A stretch of 64,000 nt of DNA from Macrostomum lignano (GCA_002269645.1 NIVC01003773.1:13533-77532); one strand, 5' to 3'; positions 12,245-25,337 are shown, counted from the first letter of the stretch. The notes: generated from the sequence alone by a model not told the origin. A program made the numbers and translations.

Positions 12245-14744
12245 TCATTGAATTTCAGTGGAGATAAACAGACCCGAAGCCTCAGACTGTCTGTCTCTAT
12301 GCCCGTCTGGCACAGTTGAAAGCAACTGAACCTGTTGCTGATGTTGCTGTTGTTGCTGCTGCCGCTGCTGTTCGCAGGTTTTGCAGAGATAAAAGTACAC
12401 AAACACATTAGTTAAAGAGTTGGTGCAGCACAGTATGTTGCTGAGCCAGAATAGACCATTCATTGAGTAGTTCATCAGCACTAATATTCTAATGACTACA
12501 GTCGGCAGGTACAGCACTAACAGTGCTATATTCATGGCCATAAAAGCTATGAATGGTCTCCGAAATCGCTTTCTGTTGTTGCGAATCGATTGTTGCGAGG
12601 CGCCAGAGCTACCGCCGTTCATGTGTCGCCACAAGGTGATTAACACGGCGCCTGAGGAAACCAGGCCGATGACGAGGGGCAGGACAACCTGCGAGATTTA
12701 GGGTAAATTGAAGCACTATTTAATACTTTTGATAAATATATTCAGGCACAGTTTTAGAGACACGTTTAGCGACACAGTCATCGACACACCTAGCGACACA
12801 GTCATCGACACACCTAGCGACACACCTAGCGACACACCTAGCGACACACCTAGCGACATACCTAGCGACACATTTAGCGAAACACCTAGCGACACATTTA
12901 GCGACACACCTAGCGACACACCTAGCGACACACCTAGCGACACATTTAGCGACACACCTAGCGACACATTTAGCGACACACCTAGCGACACACCTAGCGA
13001 CACATTTAGCGACACACCTAGCGACACACCTAGCGACACATTTAGCGACACACCTAGCGACACACCTAGCGACACATTTAGCGACACACCTAGCGAGACA
13101 TTTAGCGACATTTCTTTTTCCAGAGGCATGTTTGTCAGCGACAGAGTAAAGCAAACCTTTTGAAGACAAAGTCAATCAACAAAATGGATATTCTACAGAC
13201 TATAAAAAGAAACTTTGATCCTAACAGTTTTTTTTACAAAAATGGAATTAAAATCTCTAGTGAATCCTTTTCAATATTTCTTTTTTCCGTTCAATTAATT
13301 TAATTTATTGTTTTTTGTTATATCAATGAAATCCATTTCCATTTAAAATAGCACCCACAATAGAATTCTGCAAATGATTTAGTAAATTTTAATTGGCTAT
13401 CTATAAAATGAATTGAAAACTCAAAGGATGATGATTTAATGTTAAAACCCAAGCGGAAAGCAATGGGAACCTTAATTTCCTGAGACAAGATTAGTATCGT
13501 ATTCGACTTTGAGGAATACTGTGTCTGCTTACGTCACAAAGGACGAATTCTAATTAAAATGTACGATTGGGATTCACATACCGGTATACAAGCAGGAACT
13601 GAAGATCTGGGAGGCGAACTGGCCCAGCAACCGAGGATCTGGGAGGCTGGCCCAGCAACCGAGGATCTGGGAGGCTGGCCCAGCAACTGAGGATCTGGGA
13701 GGCTGGCCTAGCAACTGAGGATATTGACCTAGCAACTGAGGATATTAACCTAGCAACTAAGGATATTGGCCTAGCAACTGAGGATATTGACCTAGCAACT
13801 GAGGATATTAACCTAGCAACTAAGGATATTGACCTAGCAACTGAGGATATTGACCCAGCAACTGAGGATATTGGCCCAGCAGCTGAAGATATTGGCCTAG
13901 CAACTGAGGATATTGGTCCAGCAAGATCCAGTATCCACAGAATCAACAGGTTAAGCAGTAACAGCAGTCTCACCTGTAGCGGAAACACCACTCCAGTATT
14001 GACAGCCAAGAACAGGCTGGCATTATTAACAGCCAACAAGAACCGATCAACAGTAACCGGCGCACTCAACCAAGACTGACTATCGCACAGCTCTCCAACA
14101 GTCTTCAAGGATAGAAAAGTACAAAACAGGCCAGCATTGCCCAGCAACAAGCAGCTAGCTAAGCGGAATTGTCTCAGACTTGATCGTTCAGCGCGAGCTC
14201 GATGCGACAGCACACTGCCGCGACATCTGCCGCCGCCGCCGCCGCCGCCGCTATGCCTACTAAACAGTCGATACCTTGTCAACGAAATTAAAGCCACCAA
14301 CCAGTTCCTATAGAACAGGCAGACAGAAGCTAACCACTGATTAATGCCAATAGTCAATGATAACATCGGCGCCAATTTAACCACAGGAAACCTGCGACAC
14401 AAGCCTAGACAGAGGAACAATAAACTATCGACTATTAGACAGATTGCAATAACAGTTTCCGTAGCCAGCATTGACGATATCATGCTAGCAACTGCTGGTT
14501 CGGTTTTACGGTTCTTCTCAACAAATAAAGATGCAACAGACAGGCATAGGATAGCCGCGCTGAACACTAGAAAAGTGTAAGCCTGATTACGCAATATGGG
14601 ACAGTCCGGCCAACCAGTTGTTGTTCCATTCATAAAATCGTCCAATGTAGACAAATCGAATCCGTTAAACTCTACTATTGATAATTGTTCAATACCATTT
14701 GTAGTGCAGTTCACCGATCGATAATAAATTGGAAATGGCAGCAT
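12245..14744 (-). CDS. Orphan rhodopsin-class (7TM) GPCR, about 404 aa. Exons 14744-13974 and 12688-12245
   Basis: Donor CAG|GTGAGA at 13973 and acceptor ctcgcAG|GTT at 12689, phase 0. The protein has several hydrophobic helices, ALISLTRY at the DRY position after TM3, a TM6-like FMAMNIALLVLYLP and a TM7-like CTNSLTNVFVY (NPxxY variant). The N-terminus carries N-glycosylation sequons. Confidence 0.8.
12755..13110. repeat. 12-bp minisatellite AGCGACACACCT / AGCGACACATTT, GPCR intron
   Basis: About 29 copies. Confidence 0.93.
13605..13925. repeat. Composite array: 28-bp unit (reverse complement of the TAF1 intron unit), then a 21-bp derivative CTAGCAACTGAGGATATTGAC; GPCR intron
   Basis: 13675-13702 CTGGCCCAGCAACTGAGGATCTGGGAGG is the exact reverse complement of the 2944-3215 unit. 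Confidence 0.92.
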
Positions 14745-14859
14745 GGCCGTATCCGATCCTTGGCACTGCTTAACAATAACCTAAAATTGAGGGTTTTTTA
14801 ATAGGCTCTCGTGCAGATGATTATTCAACAGTGAAATTTTAAAGATATGAGAGAGACAA

Positions 14860-15175
14860 AACAAAGGGGGAAGAGTGGAGAGAGAGCGGAGAGCAGGAGA
14901 GTAGAGAGGGCGATGGAGAAGAGAAGAAGAGGGGGAAGGCGGGAAGGGGGGAGGGCGGGAAGATAAGGGGAAGGCGGGAATGGGGGAGGGGAAGGCGGGA
15001 ATGGGGAGGGGAAGGCGGGAATGGGGAGGGGAAGGCGGGAAGGGGGAGAAAGGAAGGCGGGAAAGGGGGAGGGGAAGACAGGAATGGGGGAGGGGAAGGC
15101 GGGAAGGGGGAGAGAGGAGGCGGGAAGGGGGAGAGGGAAAGGCGGGCGGAGAGAGGGAAAGCAGAGGGAAAGTAG
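14860..15175. repeat. Purine-rich G-run repeat (about 20-21 bp, GGGAATGGGGAGGGGAAGGC)
   Basis: Direct reading; almost purine-only + strand with many G3-G5 runs. Confidence 0.85.
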
Positions 15176-15434
15176 AGAGGTGCAAAGTGACGTATAGATA
15201 AAAAGTGAAGAAAAATTACTCGCTGTACTATTACGAAAAAAAACAGGCGATCATTTTTGAGCGAGCATGTCAGAGCAAGTGGGGGTGGGATGGGGAGAGA
15301 GAGCAACGGAATTAGAGTGACGCAGGGGATGAGCGATGAGAGAGAGAAGCCAGAAAAAAGCTGTTAATGCCTAAAAGCAATAAGGCCGATGCTGCTGAAG
15401 CGGGACCTGCATAACGAGAATTCCCTTGCCGTAC

Positions 15435-16104
15435 CGTTGACAAATTCACTTCATACAGAATTTCAACAGCGCACGTACTGTGCCACTCCAATACGAATAT
15501 ACGATTATAAAGTCAACACTTCTCAAGCATAAGATGAGATGAAAACCAGAAAACCCAAACAGAATCCTATCGTGTTTGCTTGAATGAGCGAAATGATGAA
15601 GAAAACAACAATGAATATCTACGACGTAACTAACCAAATGGCCCAGCACAGTGAGCAGGACCAACACATTCATAGCAAAGCCTACAGCAAGTTGTGTAAG
15701 CCATCTGGGATTTACAACCATTAACTCAACTGTGCGGCTACTAGCTTCCAACTGAGTATAAAGTACAAAACCTACTTTATACCTAAGCAAATTAAAACGT
15801 TTAAAGAAATTAAGTAGCTAAGCTTAAAATTATTATACTTGATTATTTGCAGTGTCAAAAGTGCAGTGACATAAGTGCACAAGTTCTTCAGAATAAAGAG
15901 CTTGTTGTCAGTAACCGTTATTTTATTAACTGCAACGTGCTGGAAAATAAAAAAATCTAGACAACCTGCAAATACATGTAGCCAAGTTATAAAAAAACCA
16001 GGGTAGCTTTTCGTGTAAACAGAGTTCCTAAAAAACGTTACTTAAGAAATGAGGGACGACAGGCAGATAAAGAGGAGCAGACAGACAGAGACAGACAGAC
16101 AGAC

Positions 16105-16139
<35 letters not shown>

Positions 16140-16200
16140 TACAGACAGACAGTCAGACAGACAGTCAGACAGACAGACAGACAGACAGACACACAGACAC

Positions 16201-16231
<31 letters not shown>

Positions 16232-16240
16232 CAGACAGAC

Positions 16241-16277
<37 letters not shown>

Positions 16278-16400
16278 GACAGACAGACAGTACCCAAAGC
16301 ATTTCTTACCAATTGACCGGCAGGCCAAAAGAGAACACTCGATGGTAAAAATGCCAACAGCACAGCAAGAGTTTAATTAGTCAGACGCAGAGACGCTGGG
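15435..16400 (-). other. Putative spliced 5' leader exons (about 16400-16310 and 15782-15435), possibly the GPCR 5'UTR
   Basis: Donor TTG|GTAAGA at 16309, acceptor ttttaatttgcttAG|G at 15783, candidate donor ACG|GTACGG at 15434, and acceptor tcaattttAG at 14781 located 36 nt before the GPCR ATG. Paired CCAAT boxes lie just upstream. No transcript evidence. Confidence 0.35.
16065..16290. repeat. (GACA)n microsatellite
   Basis: Direct reading. Confidence 0.95.
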
Positions 16401-16582
16401 GCGGCGCTCTGTCAGAATAATCTCTAGATTAGCAAAAGTACACAGACTCAGATAGCTTAATGAGCAACGCTTAATAACCGTTTGAAGGATTCACTGACCG
16501 CAAAAACTGGTTTAATAGGGAATCGCGTGGGGGAGGAGAATAGCTGATATTTTGCTGGCCAAATCTAACTAAAGGAACGAGC

Positions 16583-16613
16583 GCTATTGGCCGAAGTTCG
16601 AGTAGCCAATAGC
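16583..16613. promoter_or_regulatory. Inverted pair of CCAAT (NF-Y-type) boxes, candidate promoter
   Basis: Perfect 9-bp inverted repeat GCTATTGGC (16583-16591) ... GCCAATAGC (16605-16613) in a locally GC-richer patch upstream of the putative leader exon. Confidence 0.4.
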
Positions 16614-18167
16614 AACGTTTGACACTGACAAGTACTGCTGCGATACAGTTTGCGTTGGCTCATAAATTACACAATTATAAATAAGTATATGACTAATACT
16701 TACCTTACCAAAGGCATATTGATTCTTGCTGATAAAGTTATTAGTTTATCTTAATGTTTTTGCTGAAAGTTTTAAAATAGTAAAAAATTAGAATATATGT
16801 ACTTTAAATAAACAAATTAAATCAAAATCTGATTTGTCAGCACTCATTTTTGACAAAGGATATTAAATCAATTGTTCGTGAATTTATTAGTAAATAAAAA
16901 TTACTAATACAAATATTACTTTAACAGTGAAAGTCAGTAATGAACAAAAATCAAGCATATATGCAATACCATATAATAGTAATTATATAAATCGTTTGAT
17001 AAGTTGATTTGAACTCGACAACAACAACAGACAATGCGAGAGACTCTTGATCCTCAGTCAAAACGGTGTGTGAAATATTGATCATAAAAAAATTAATGAT
17101 AATAATAACAATATTAATAAAGTAGCATAAAAAACCGTGCTACTAATGTCTTTAAAGCCAATAAATGACATAACAGATACACTACTATTAGTAATTGTAG
17201 TGCATATTGTATTGCTTTCAAATTCGTGACGCATTTGACGCCCTTATCTGAGGCTACGGCCCCTTGACTTTGCAACCTTCCAAAGCTGTGAATCTTTTAA
17301 AATATGCTTATTTAAAAATTACTTATACGGGTCACAATGTAACAAATGCCAAATGACAGTCGGCGGACCACAGACTAAAGCAATACAAAACATGCTTCAA
17401 GACTTGAGTATTGTTCTGATAATATAATACCTTGGAAAACAAAATTTTCGGCTGCCAATTGCTCTGACAGAAAGTTCACATAGTGATTGAAGTGTTAACA
17501 AATGTCATTAACATAGCCATTTAGATTGAAGAGTCAAATCGCAGTTTTAATTTTAAAAAAAGATGAAAAAATGTTATTCAATCAACTGTATAAACTGTGA
17601 AGGCTTCTGAATGTGTTGCGAACCCGGCGCTGTGGTTGGGGGAAAAAGCGACACTAGCTATATAGCAAGGCAATACAAAACATTCATTTGGAGTGGCTAT
17701 TTAAATATAATTATTTATAGATTTTACATAAGCCACTGATCTTACAGAACACATATTAAGCACCAATATTGAAAGTGTTTTACAGTGCTGTTTAATAATT
17801 AAAAATTGGCATCATACATAAATTTTATAAATATATGTTTAGGCTTTAAATAAAACAAACAGTTCTTTATGGCTTAAAGACATGAATTTGTCATTGTTCT
17901 AAATTTATTACATCCGATCAACCGTAAACAAACAAAATGGCCGCGTTTTGCGTGCAAAAAAACATATTAAAAAATTGCTTTTTCGAATGGGTTTCATTCA
18001 TTTTTGCGCATTTTTAGGCAAAAAGAAAATAGAATGCTCTCTTAGCCCAAAAACTGTCGGTTAATATCAGGCAAAACCATTAATATTGAGTTTGCAAACA
18101 AAACAATACATTAGCTATTGGTAGCCATTGCAATTAGAAATCGCACATGCTTCGATAGTGGGTCAGT

Positions 18168-19400
18168 GACGATATTTGGTGTGGGTCAGTGACGATATTT
18201 GGAGTGGGTCAGTGACGATATTTGGTGTGGGTCAGTGACGATATTTAGTGTGGGTCAGTGACGATATTTGGTGTGGGTCAGTGACGATATTTAGTGTGGG
18301 TCAGTGACGATTTTTGGAGTGGGTCAGTGACGATATTTGGTGTGGGTCAGTGACGATATTTGGAGTGGGTCAGTGACGATATTTGGTGTGGGTCAGTGAC
18401 GATATTTAGTGTGGGTCAGTGACGATTTTTGGAGTGGGTCAGTGACGATTTTTGGAGTGGGTCAGTGACGATATTTGGTGTGGGTCAGTGACGATATTTG
18501 GTGTGGGTCAGTGACGATATTTAGTGTGGGTCAGTGACATTTGGTGTGGGTCAGTGACGATATTTGGTGTGGGTCAGTGACGATATTTAGTGTGGGTCAG
18601 TGACGATATTTGGTGTGGGTCAGTGACGATATTTGGTGTGGGTCAGTGACGATATTTAGTGTGGGTCAGTGACGATATTTAGTGTGGGTCAGTGACATTT
18701 GGTGTGGGTCAGTGACGATATTTGGTGTGGGTCAGTGACGATATTTGGTGTGGGTCAGTGACGATATTTAGTGTGAGTCAGTGACGATATTTAGTGCGAG
18801 TCAGTGACGATATTTGGTGTGGGTCAGTGACGATATTTGGTGTGGGTCAGTGACGATTTTTGGTGTGGGTCAGTGACGATATTTGGTGTGGGTCAGTGAC
18901 GATATTTAGTGTGGGTCAGTGACGATATTTGGAGTGGGTCAGTGACGATATTTGGTGTGGGTCAGTGACGATATTTGGTGTGGGTCAGTGACGATTTTTG
19001 GTGTGGGTCAGTGACGATATTTGGTGTGGGTCAGTGACGATATTTGGTGTGGGTCAGTGACGATATTTGGTGTGGGTCAGTGACGATATTTGGTGTGGGT
19101 CAGTGACGATATTTGGTGTGGGTCACTGACGATATTTAGTGTGGGTCAGTGACGATATTTGGTGTGGGTCAGTGACGATATTTGGTGTAGGTCAGTGACG
19201 ATATTTGGTGTGGGTCACTGACGATATTTGGTGTGGGTCAGTGACGATATTTGGTGTGGGTCAGTGACGATATTTGGTGTGGGTCAGTGACGATATTTGG
19301 TGTGGGTCAGTGACGATATTTGGTGTGGGTCAGTGACGATATTTGGTGTGGGTCACTGACGATATTTGGTGTGGGTCACTGACGATATTTAGTGTGAGTC
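18168..19400. repeat. 23-bp minisatellite GTGGGTCAGTGACGATATTTGGT
   Basis: Unit starts at 18181 and 18204; about 53 copies. Confidence 0.96.
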
Positions 19401-19670
19401 ACTGCCGATTCTTAAAGTGGGTCAGTTTGAGGCGTTTAATTGTCTGCAACTCTGAAACGAAGCGCTAACACGACGGCTTTTTTCATGACTCTTACGATTA
19501 TGTAACTCACGTCTTGATGCACTCGTGACGCAACAGTCGCCTTTCTGTCTCACCACAGTCTTTTGAGTCGCTATTAAAGTCACAAGAGTCGCCCCAAGAG
19601 TCACTAGTGAGCTGTTTGCAATGACTTTTCAGCGATTCTGGTCACAGTCTTGTCAGCGATCTGTCAAAAA

Positions 19671-20694
19671 CTATTTATCCCCAGCAGGCATGTCCTGACA
19701 CTTGCCGCTCATCAGCACCCTGACTTTTCCGGGCATAACCCAGCCCTGAACTGGGCCATAGCTCATTGGTTCGCCGTCAATCATCATGTGACCACCAGGT
19801 GTCAGAGGCTCCAAGCGGAATGCCCTAGCTCGAATCACTTCAATCGAGTCGCCTTCTAATCGACCTTTGGCAGCGCCGGTGAAACCGCGCAGAAACTGCG
19901 ACCGAGAGCACGGATAGACGCAGAACAGGCGCCACAGACCGTCGTCTGGTTGCCAGTCGGTAACTGGGAAAAAATCCTCAGCTAAATGAGACATTAACAA
20001 GGCTCCAATTGTGTAGAAGTCCCGTTCTAACACTGTCCAACTAGTTGGAACCGGTTGATCAAAATTTGGCAGAGAATCTATCAATTGATTAGCTGGGTCA
20101 GCTGGCAGGTAGGACAATCTGCCTCGGTAGCGTTTAATACCTGCTAGGCATTTCTTAGTTAGCAACAGGCCGAAGCGAGCTCCGCCCAGGATGCGAAAGC
20201 GTTCACTCTCGGCGTCAACATCGGCAATGAGGCCCCAGGTGACAGACAGGACGCAGTGCAAAGGTCGATCAGTATTGGTAGGCGTCTGTATAACACCAAC
20301 ATCTAGGTTAATAAGGCTGTCAGGCCGGTGCTTCACTAAGCTCAAAGCGGCGTGTTGAATCAAATTGTCGGGATGAAATTCGCCTAAATAGTTGAGTAGA
20401 CTGGACACTACTGCGTTGCCGGAGCCTGGAGCATTATAAATTAATAATACCAATAATAATAATAATAATTGCCATGTTTGTATTACAAGCTTCTATTAAT
20501 AACTGTTCTCTACTTGTAGTAGACTATAATAGAGCAAATTCGAAAATCATGGGATTTTATTAATATTAGATTTTAATAAATATAACATTAGTAAACAAAT
20601 AAACAGACAAAATGCTGCAAAATTGACATGCATCAAAATACAGATAAGAGACACATTTCAGACAAATACTCTGCAGACAAGATACAATAAAGCG

Positions 20695-20737
<43 letters not shown>

Positions 20738-22383
20738 TGACAGACAGACAGACAGGCAACCATGCAGACAGGCAGACATACGGACAGACAGAGGGAGAGA
20801 GAGAAAGGACAGGACAGACAGACAGACTATACTAGTCAATGCGAGTTAGAACTGTATAAGATAGACAATAAACTGATGTACCTCTCCGATGCTAACACCA
20901 TCTAGCTACTATAAGTAGTGCAACAGAGCACAGACTCACCAGCCGGTACAACGCCAATAGGAATAGACCGCACAGCAGCCTCAGCATCCGGCCTGTTTAA
21001 CAAACTGTTGACAACTTCGTAGACTAGACCGTCCCCAGATACGATAACGATCCCGGACACGGAATCAATTGGCACCGAAGTTGATAACTCGCGCACGTGA
21101 TCTAACGATCGAGTGACCACAAGCTGATAGGGGAAATCTGCATCTGCTAATATCGGATTAACGTGTCGTAGGAACAGGTCGTAGGCTTTGCCAGAGCCAG
21201 AGCGTGGATTCAATAGTATTAAGCAGGGCTTCCTGTTGTCGGGTTTGTAGTTGTAAATAAATTAAGTGCGCAGGATAGATGTACTGTTATAGTACACGTG
21301 CATATACTTTACGTATTTAGGAGAATATTAAAGTACATTCTGGGTTTTTCCACCAAATTTGGCTTATTATTAGGATTTATAAGATTTCTCAAGGCTTCTA
21401 GCAATTTTTAAATTTTAGTACAAATCTACAATAAAACTGTACAGCTCCTCAATAAAACTGTACCAATTAACAATAAACTGTACAGATTCACAATAAAACT
21501 GTACAGACCCTAAATAAAACTGTACAGACCCTAAATAAAACTGTACAGACCCTAAATAAAACTGTACAGACCCTCAATAAAATTGTACAGACCCTCAATA
21601 AAACTGTACAGACCCTCAATAAAACTGTACAGACCCTCAATAAAACTGTACAGACCCTATAAAAACTGTACAGACCCTCAATAAAACTGTACAGACCCTC
21701 AAAAAAACTGTACAGACCCTCAATAAAACTGTACAGACCCTATAAAAACTGTACAAACCCTCAAAAAAACTGTACAGACCCTATAAAAACTGTACAGACC
21801 CTCAAAAAACTGTACAGACCCTATAAAAACTGTACAGACCCTCAATAAACAGTACAGACCCTCAATGAAACTGTACAGACCCTATAAAACTGTACAGACC
21901 CTCAATAAAACAGTACAGACCCTCAATAAAACTGTACAGACCCTCAATAAAACTGTACAGACCCTCGACAAAACAGTACAGATCCACAATAAAACTGTAC
22001 AGACCCTCAATACACAGATCCTAATTGGACACTCACGGCCAGGTCACAGACGGACAGGGGCCATCGGGTTCAACAGGCGGTGCACCAGCAGAATTGCCGA
22101 CAGACTTCAACGCTGCCAGCAGATGCAATTGGCACTCTTTAGCGTCTTGAAAACCGCCAATTTGCCAGCGAATAACCCGACGCTCGCGTTTGCCCGAGCG
22201 CCGGTGTCTGGGATAGGCGAACACGGTTAGACTGCACACTGATCGCGACCGTTCGCAATGGCAGCCGATTGTATCCGACCAGCGAATTAATTCGCTACCA
22301 GCGTAAGAAAATCCAGCTGTTGATAAGCTTAATTTAGCCAGTCCATTGTTACCGTCTCCGCTGCTGCTGTCAACGCTTGCCAT
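19671..22383 (-). CDS. SPHK: Sphingosine kinase (DAGK-family lipid kinase), about 464 aa. Exons 22383-22037, 21232-20940, 20425-19671
   Basis: Conserved SphK motifs assemble across GT-AG introns in phase (2, 1): LILLNPRSGSGKA, VSGDGLVYEVVNSL, IGVVPAG|SGNA, LSVTWGLIADVDAESERFRILGGARF and RAFRLEPL...MIDGE. Ceramide kinase is less likely but is the nearest alternative. Confidence 0.9.
20693..20830. repeat. (GACA)n microsatellite, SphK intron
   Basis: Direct reading. Confidence 0.9.
21430..22012. repeat. 21-bp minisatellite AATAAAACTGTACAGACCCTC, SphK intron
   Basis: About 27 copies; 7-aa periodicity in the ORF track. Confidence 0.93.
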
Positions 22384-22514
22384 TGTTGCTTTTTTCAAGC
22401 AAACTTACGCAGCTAAGAATGCAGTTTGATATTATATGAATCATAAACGAATAAAACTCCTTTTTTAATCCAAACATATTGGGCTACTGGGATTTAGAAG
22501 TTACTGACCAAATC

Positions 22515-23850
22515 AGGGATCTGAGATGGATGGCTGGGATCTGAGATGGATGTCTGGGATCTGAGATGGATGGTTGGGATCTAAGATGGGTAGCTGGGAT
22601 CTGAGATGGATAGCTGGGATCTAAAATGTTTAGCTGGGATCTGAGATGGATAGCTGGGATCTGAGATGGATGGCTGGGATCTAAGATGGATGGCTGGGAT
22701 CTGAGATGGTTGGCTGGGATCTGAGATGGTTGGCTGGGATCTGAGATGGTTGGCTGGGATCTGAGATGGATGGCTGGGATCAAAGATGGATGGCTGGGAT
22801 CTGAGATGGATAGCTGGGATCTAAAATGTTTAGCTGGGATCTGAGATGGATGTCTGGGATCTGAGATGGATGGCTGGGATCTAAAATGTTTAGCTGGGAT
22901 CTGAGATGGATAGCTGGGATCTGAGATGGGTGGCTGGGATCTAAGATGGATGGCTGGGATCTGAGATGGTTGGCTGGGATCTGAGATGGTTGGCTGGGAT
23001 CTGAGATGGTTGGCTGGGATCTGAGATGGATGGCTGGGATCAAAGATGGATGGCTGGGATCTGAGATGGATAGCTGGGATCTAAAATGTTTAGCTGGGAT
23101 CTGAGATGGATGTCTGGGATCTGAGATGGATGGCTGGGATCTAAAATGTTTAGCTGGGATCTGAGATGGATAGCTGGGATCTGAGATGGGTGGCTGGGAT
23201 CTAAGATGGGTAGCTGGGATCTGAGATGGATAGCTGGGATCTAAAATGTTTAGCTGGGATCTGAGATGGATAGCTGGGATCTGAGATGGGTGGCTGGGAT
23301 CTAAGATGGGTAGCTGGGATCTGAGATGGATAGCTGGGATCTAAAATGTTTAGCTGGGATCTGAGATGGATAGCTGGGATCTGAGATGGACGGCTGGGAT
23401 CTAAAATGGATGGCTGGGATCTGAGATGGTTGGCTGGGATCTGAGATGGTTGGCTGGGATCTGAGATGGATGGCTGGGATCAAAGATGGATGGCTGGGAT
23501 CTGAGATGGATAGCTGGGATCTAAAATGTTTAGCTGGGATCTGAGATGGATGGCTGGGATCTAAGATGGGTAGCTGGGATCTGAGATGGATAGCTGGGAT
23601 CTAAAATGTTTAGCTGGGATCTGAGATGGATGTCTGGGATCTGAGATGGATGGCTGGGATCTAAGATGGGTAGCTGGGATCTGAGATGGATAGCTGGGAT
23701 CTAAAATGTTTAGCTGGGATCTGAGATGGATGGCTGGAATATAAGATGGGTGGCTGGGATCAGAGATGGATGGCTGGGATCTGAGATGGATGGCTGGGAT
23801 CTGAGATGGATGGCTGGGATCTAAGATGGGTAGCAGGAATCTGAGATGAA
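22515..23850. repeat. 20-bp minisatellite CTGGGATCTGAGATGGATRG with higher-order structure
   Basis: Strict 20-bp phase is visible in the 60-nt lines; about 66 copies. Confidence 0.96.
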
Positions 23851-24479
23851 TAGTTGCAATGTTAATACGCTGATAGCTAGCGTAGAAAAATTGTTAAAAC
23901 AAACAGTACAATTGAAAAAATGTACTTTAAATACAAAATAATGGTTATATTTATTATGATTAAAAACCAACACTGACCGGTGGCCTAGATTGTTTTGCAA
24001 TTATTACTTATTCAAAAGTGAGATTATATTATAGAAAAAGGTTGTAAACTGTTGAAGTGTATTGACTCGTTAAACAATAATTTTACAACGGCCAAGTGAA
24101 AAATTTTACAAAAGGCTGAATATATTAAACAAATAACTAGCTATGGGAATCACTATTATCATTTCTGGTTAATCTAAAATATTACAAACAACATGAGTAA
24201 GTAAAGTGTTTAATCTCACGACTAATTTTACCTAAATAAGCATAGAAATAAATAGTTTCATTACCAACACTATTATAATCAATATATGATAGAATTATAT
24301 AGGCAAAATAGAAAACAACTATTCTACGAGGTAATTAATTCACAAGTAGAAAAATTACACGTCAGATTATTTATTGGGAATACTGAGTGTTTTAATAAAA
24401 ATAAAAATATAGAAAATTTAATTTATGCACTGTAAAGGTTAATTTTTTATTTTAAATTTAATTAGACACTACTCGAATA

Positions 24480-25200
24480 GCCCAGCTACTATACTACTGA
24501 AATAACCATTATATGCTACTCGAATATCCTAACTACTATACTACTGAAATATCCATTATATGCTACTCGAATATCCTAACTACTATACTACTGAAATATC
24601 CGTTATATGCTACTGAAATATCCTAACTACTATACTACTGAAATATCCATTATATGCTACTCGAATATCCTAACTACTATACTACTGAAATATCCATTAT
24701 ATGCTACTCGAATATCCTAACTACTATACTACTGAAATATCCATTATATGCTACTCGAATATCCTAACTACTATACTACTGAAATATCCATTATATGCTA
24801 CTCGAATATCCTAACTACTATACTACTGAAATATCCGTTATATGCTACTGAAATATCCTAACTACTATACTACTGAAATATCCGTTATATGCTACTGAAA
24901 TATCCTAACTACTATACTACTGAAATATCCGTTATATGCTACTGAAATATCCTAACTACTATACTACTGAAATATCCGTTATATGCTACTGAAATATCCT
25001 AACTACTATACTACTGAAATATCCGTTATATACTACTGAAATATCCTAACTACTATACTACTGAAATATCCGTTATATGCTACTGAAATATCCTAACTAC
25101 TATACTACTGAAATATCTGTTATATGCTACTGAAATATCCTAACTACTATACTACTGAAATATCCGTTATATGCTACTGAAATATCCGCTCCATACTATT
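24480..25200. repeat. 47-bp minisatellite (dimer of ~23-24-bp subunits) CTACTATACTACTGAAATATCCRTTATATGCTACTSRAATATCCTAA
   Basis: Unit landmarks at 24661 and 24708; about 15 copies. Confidence 0.93.
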
Positions 25201-25337
25201 CGAATATCCTGGCTCGTATACTAATAAAGGAAAGAAATTTAACAAATTCAAATTCAAAATAAACAAACTGTGACACTGTGAAAATTGGGAACTCAGACCA
25301 CACAAATAGACCCAGTCGCTCAGGTGCTATCAACCAA

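Noticed and set aside
15446-15790. Stand-alone 114-aa membrane protein gene
   Set aside because: The ORF-track start is a TTG inside a splice acceptor and I recognise no family; kept only as a possible uORF.
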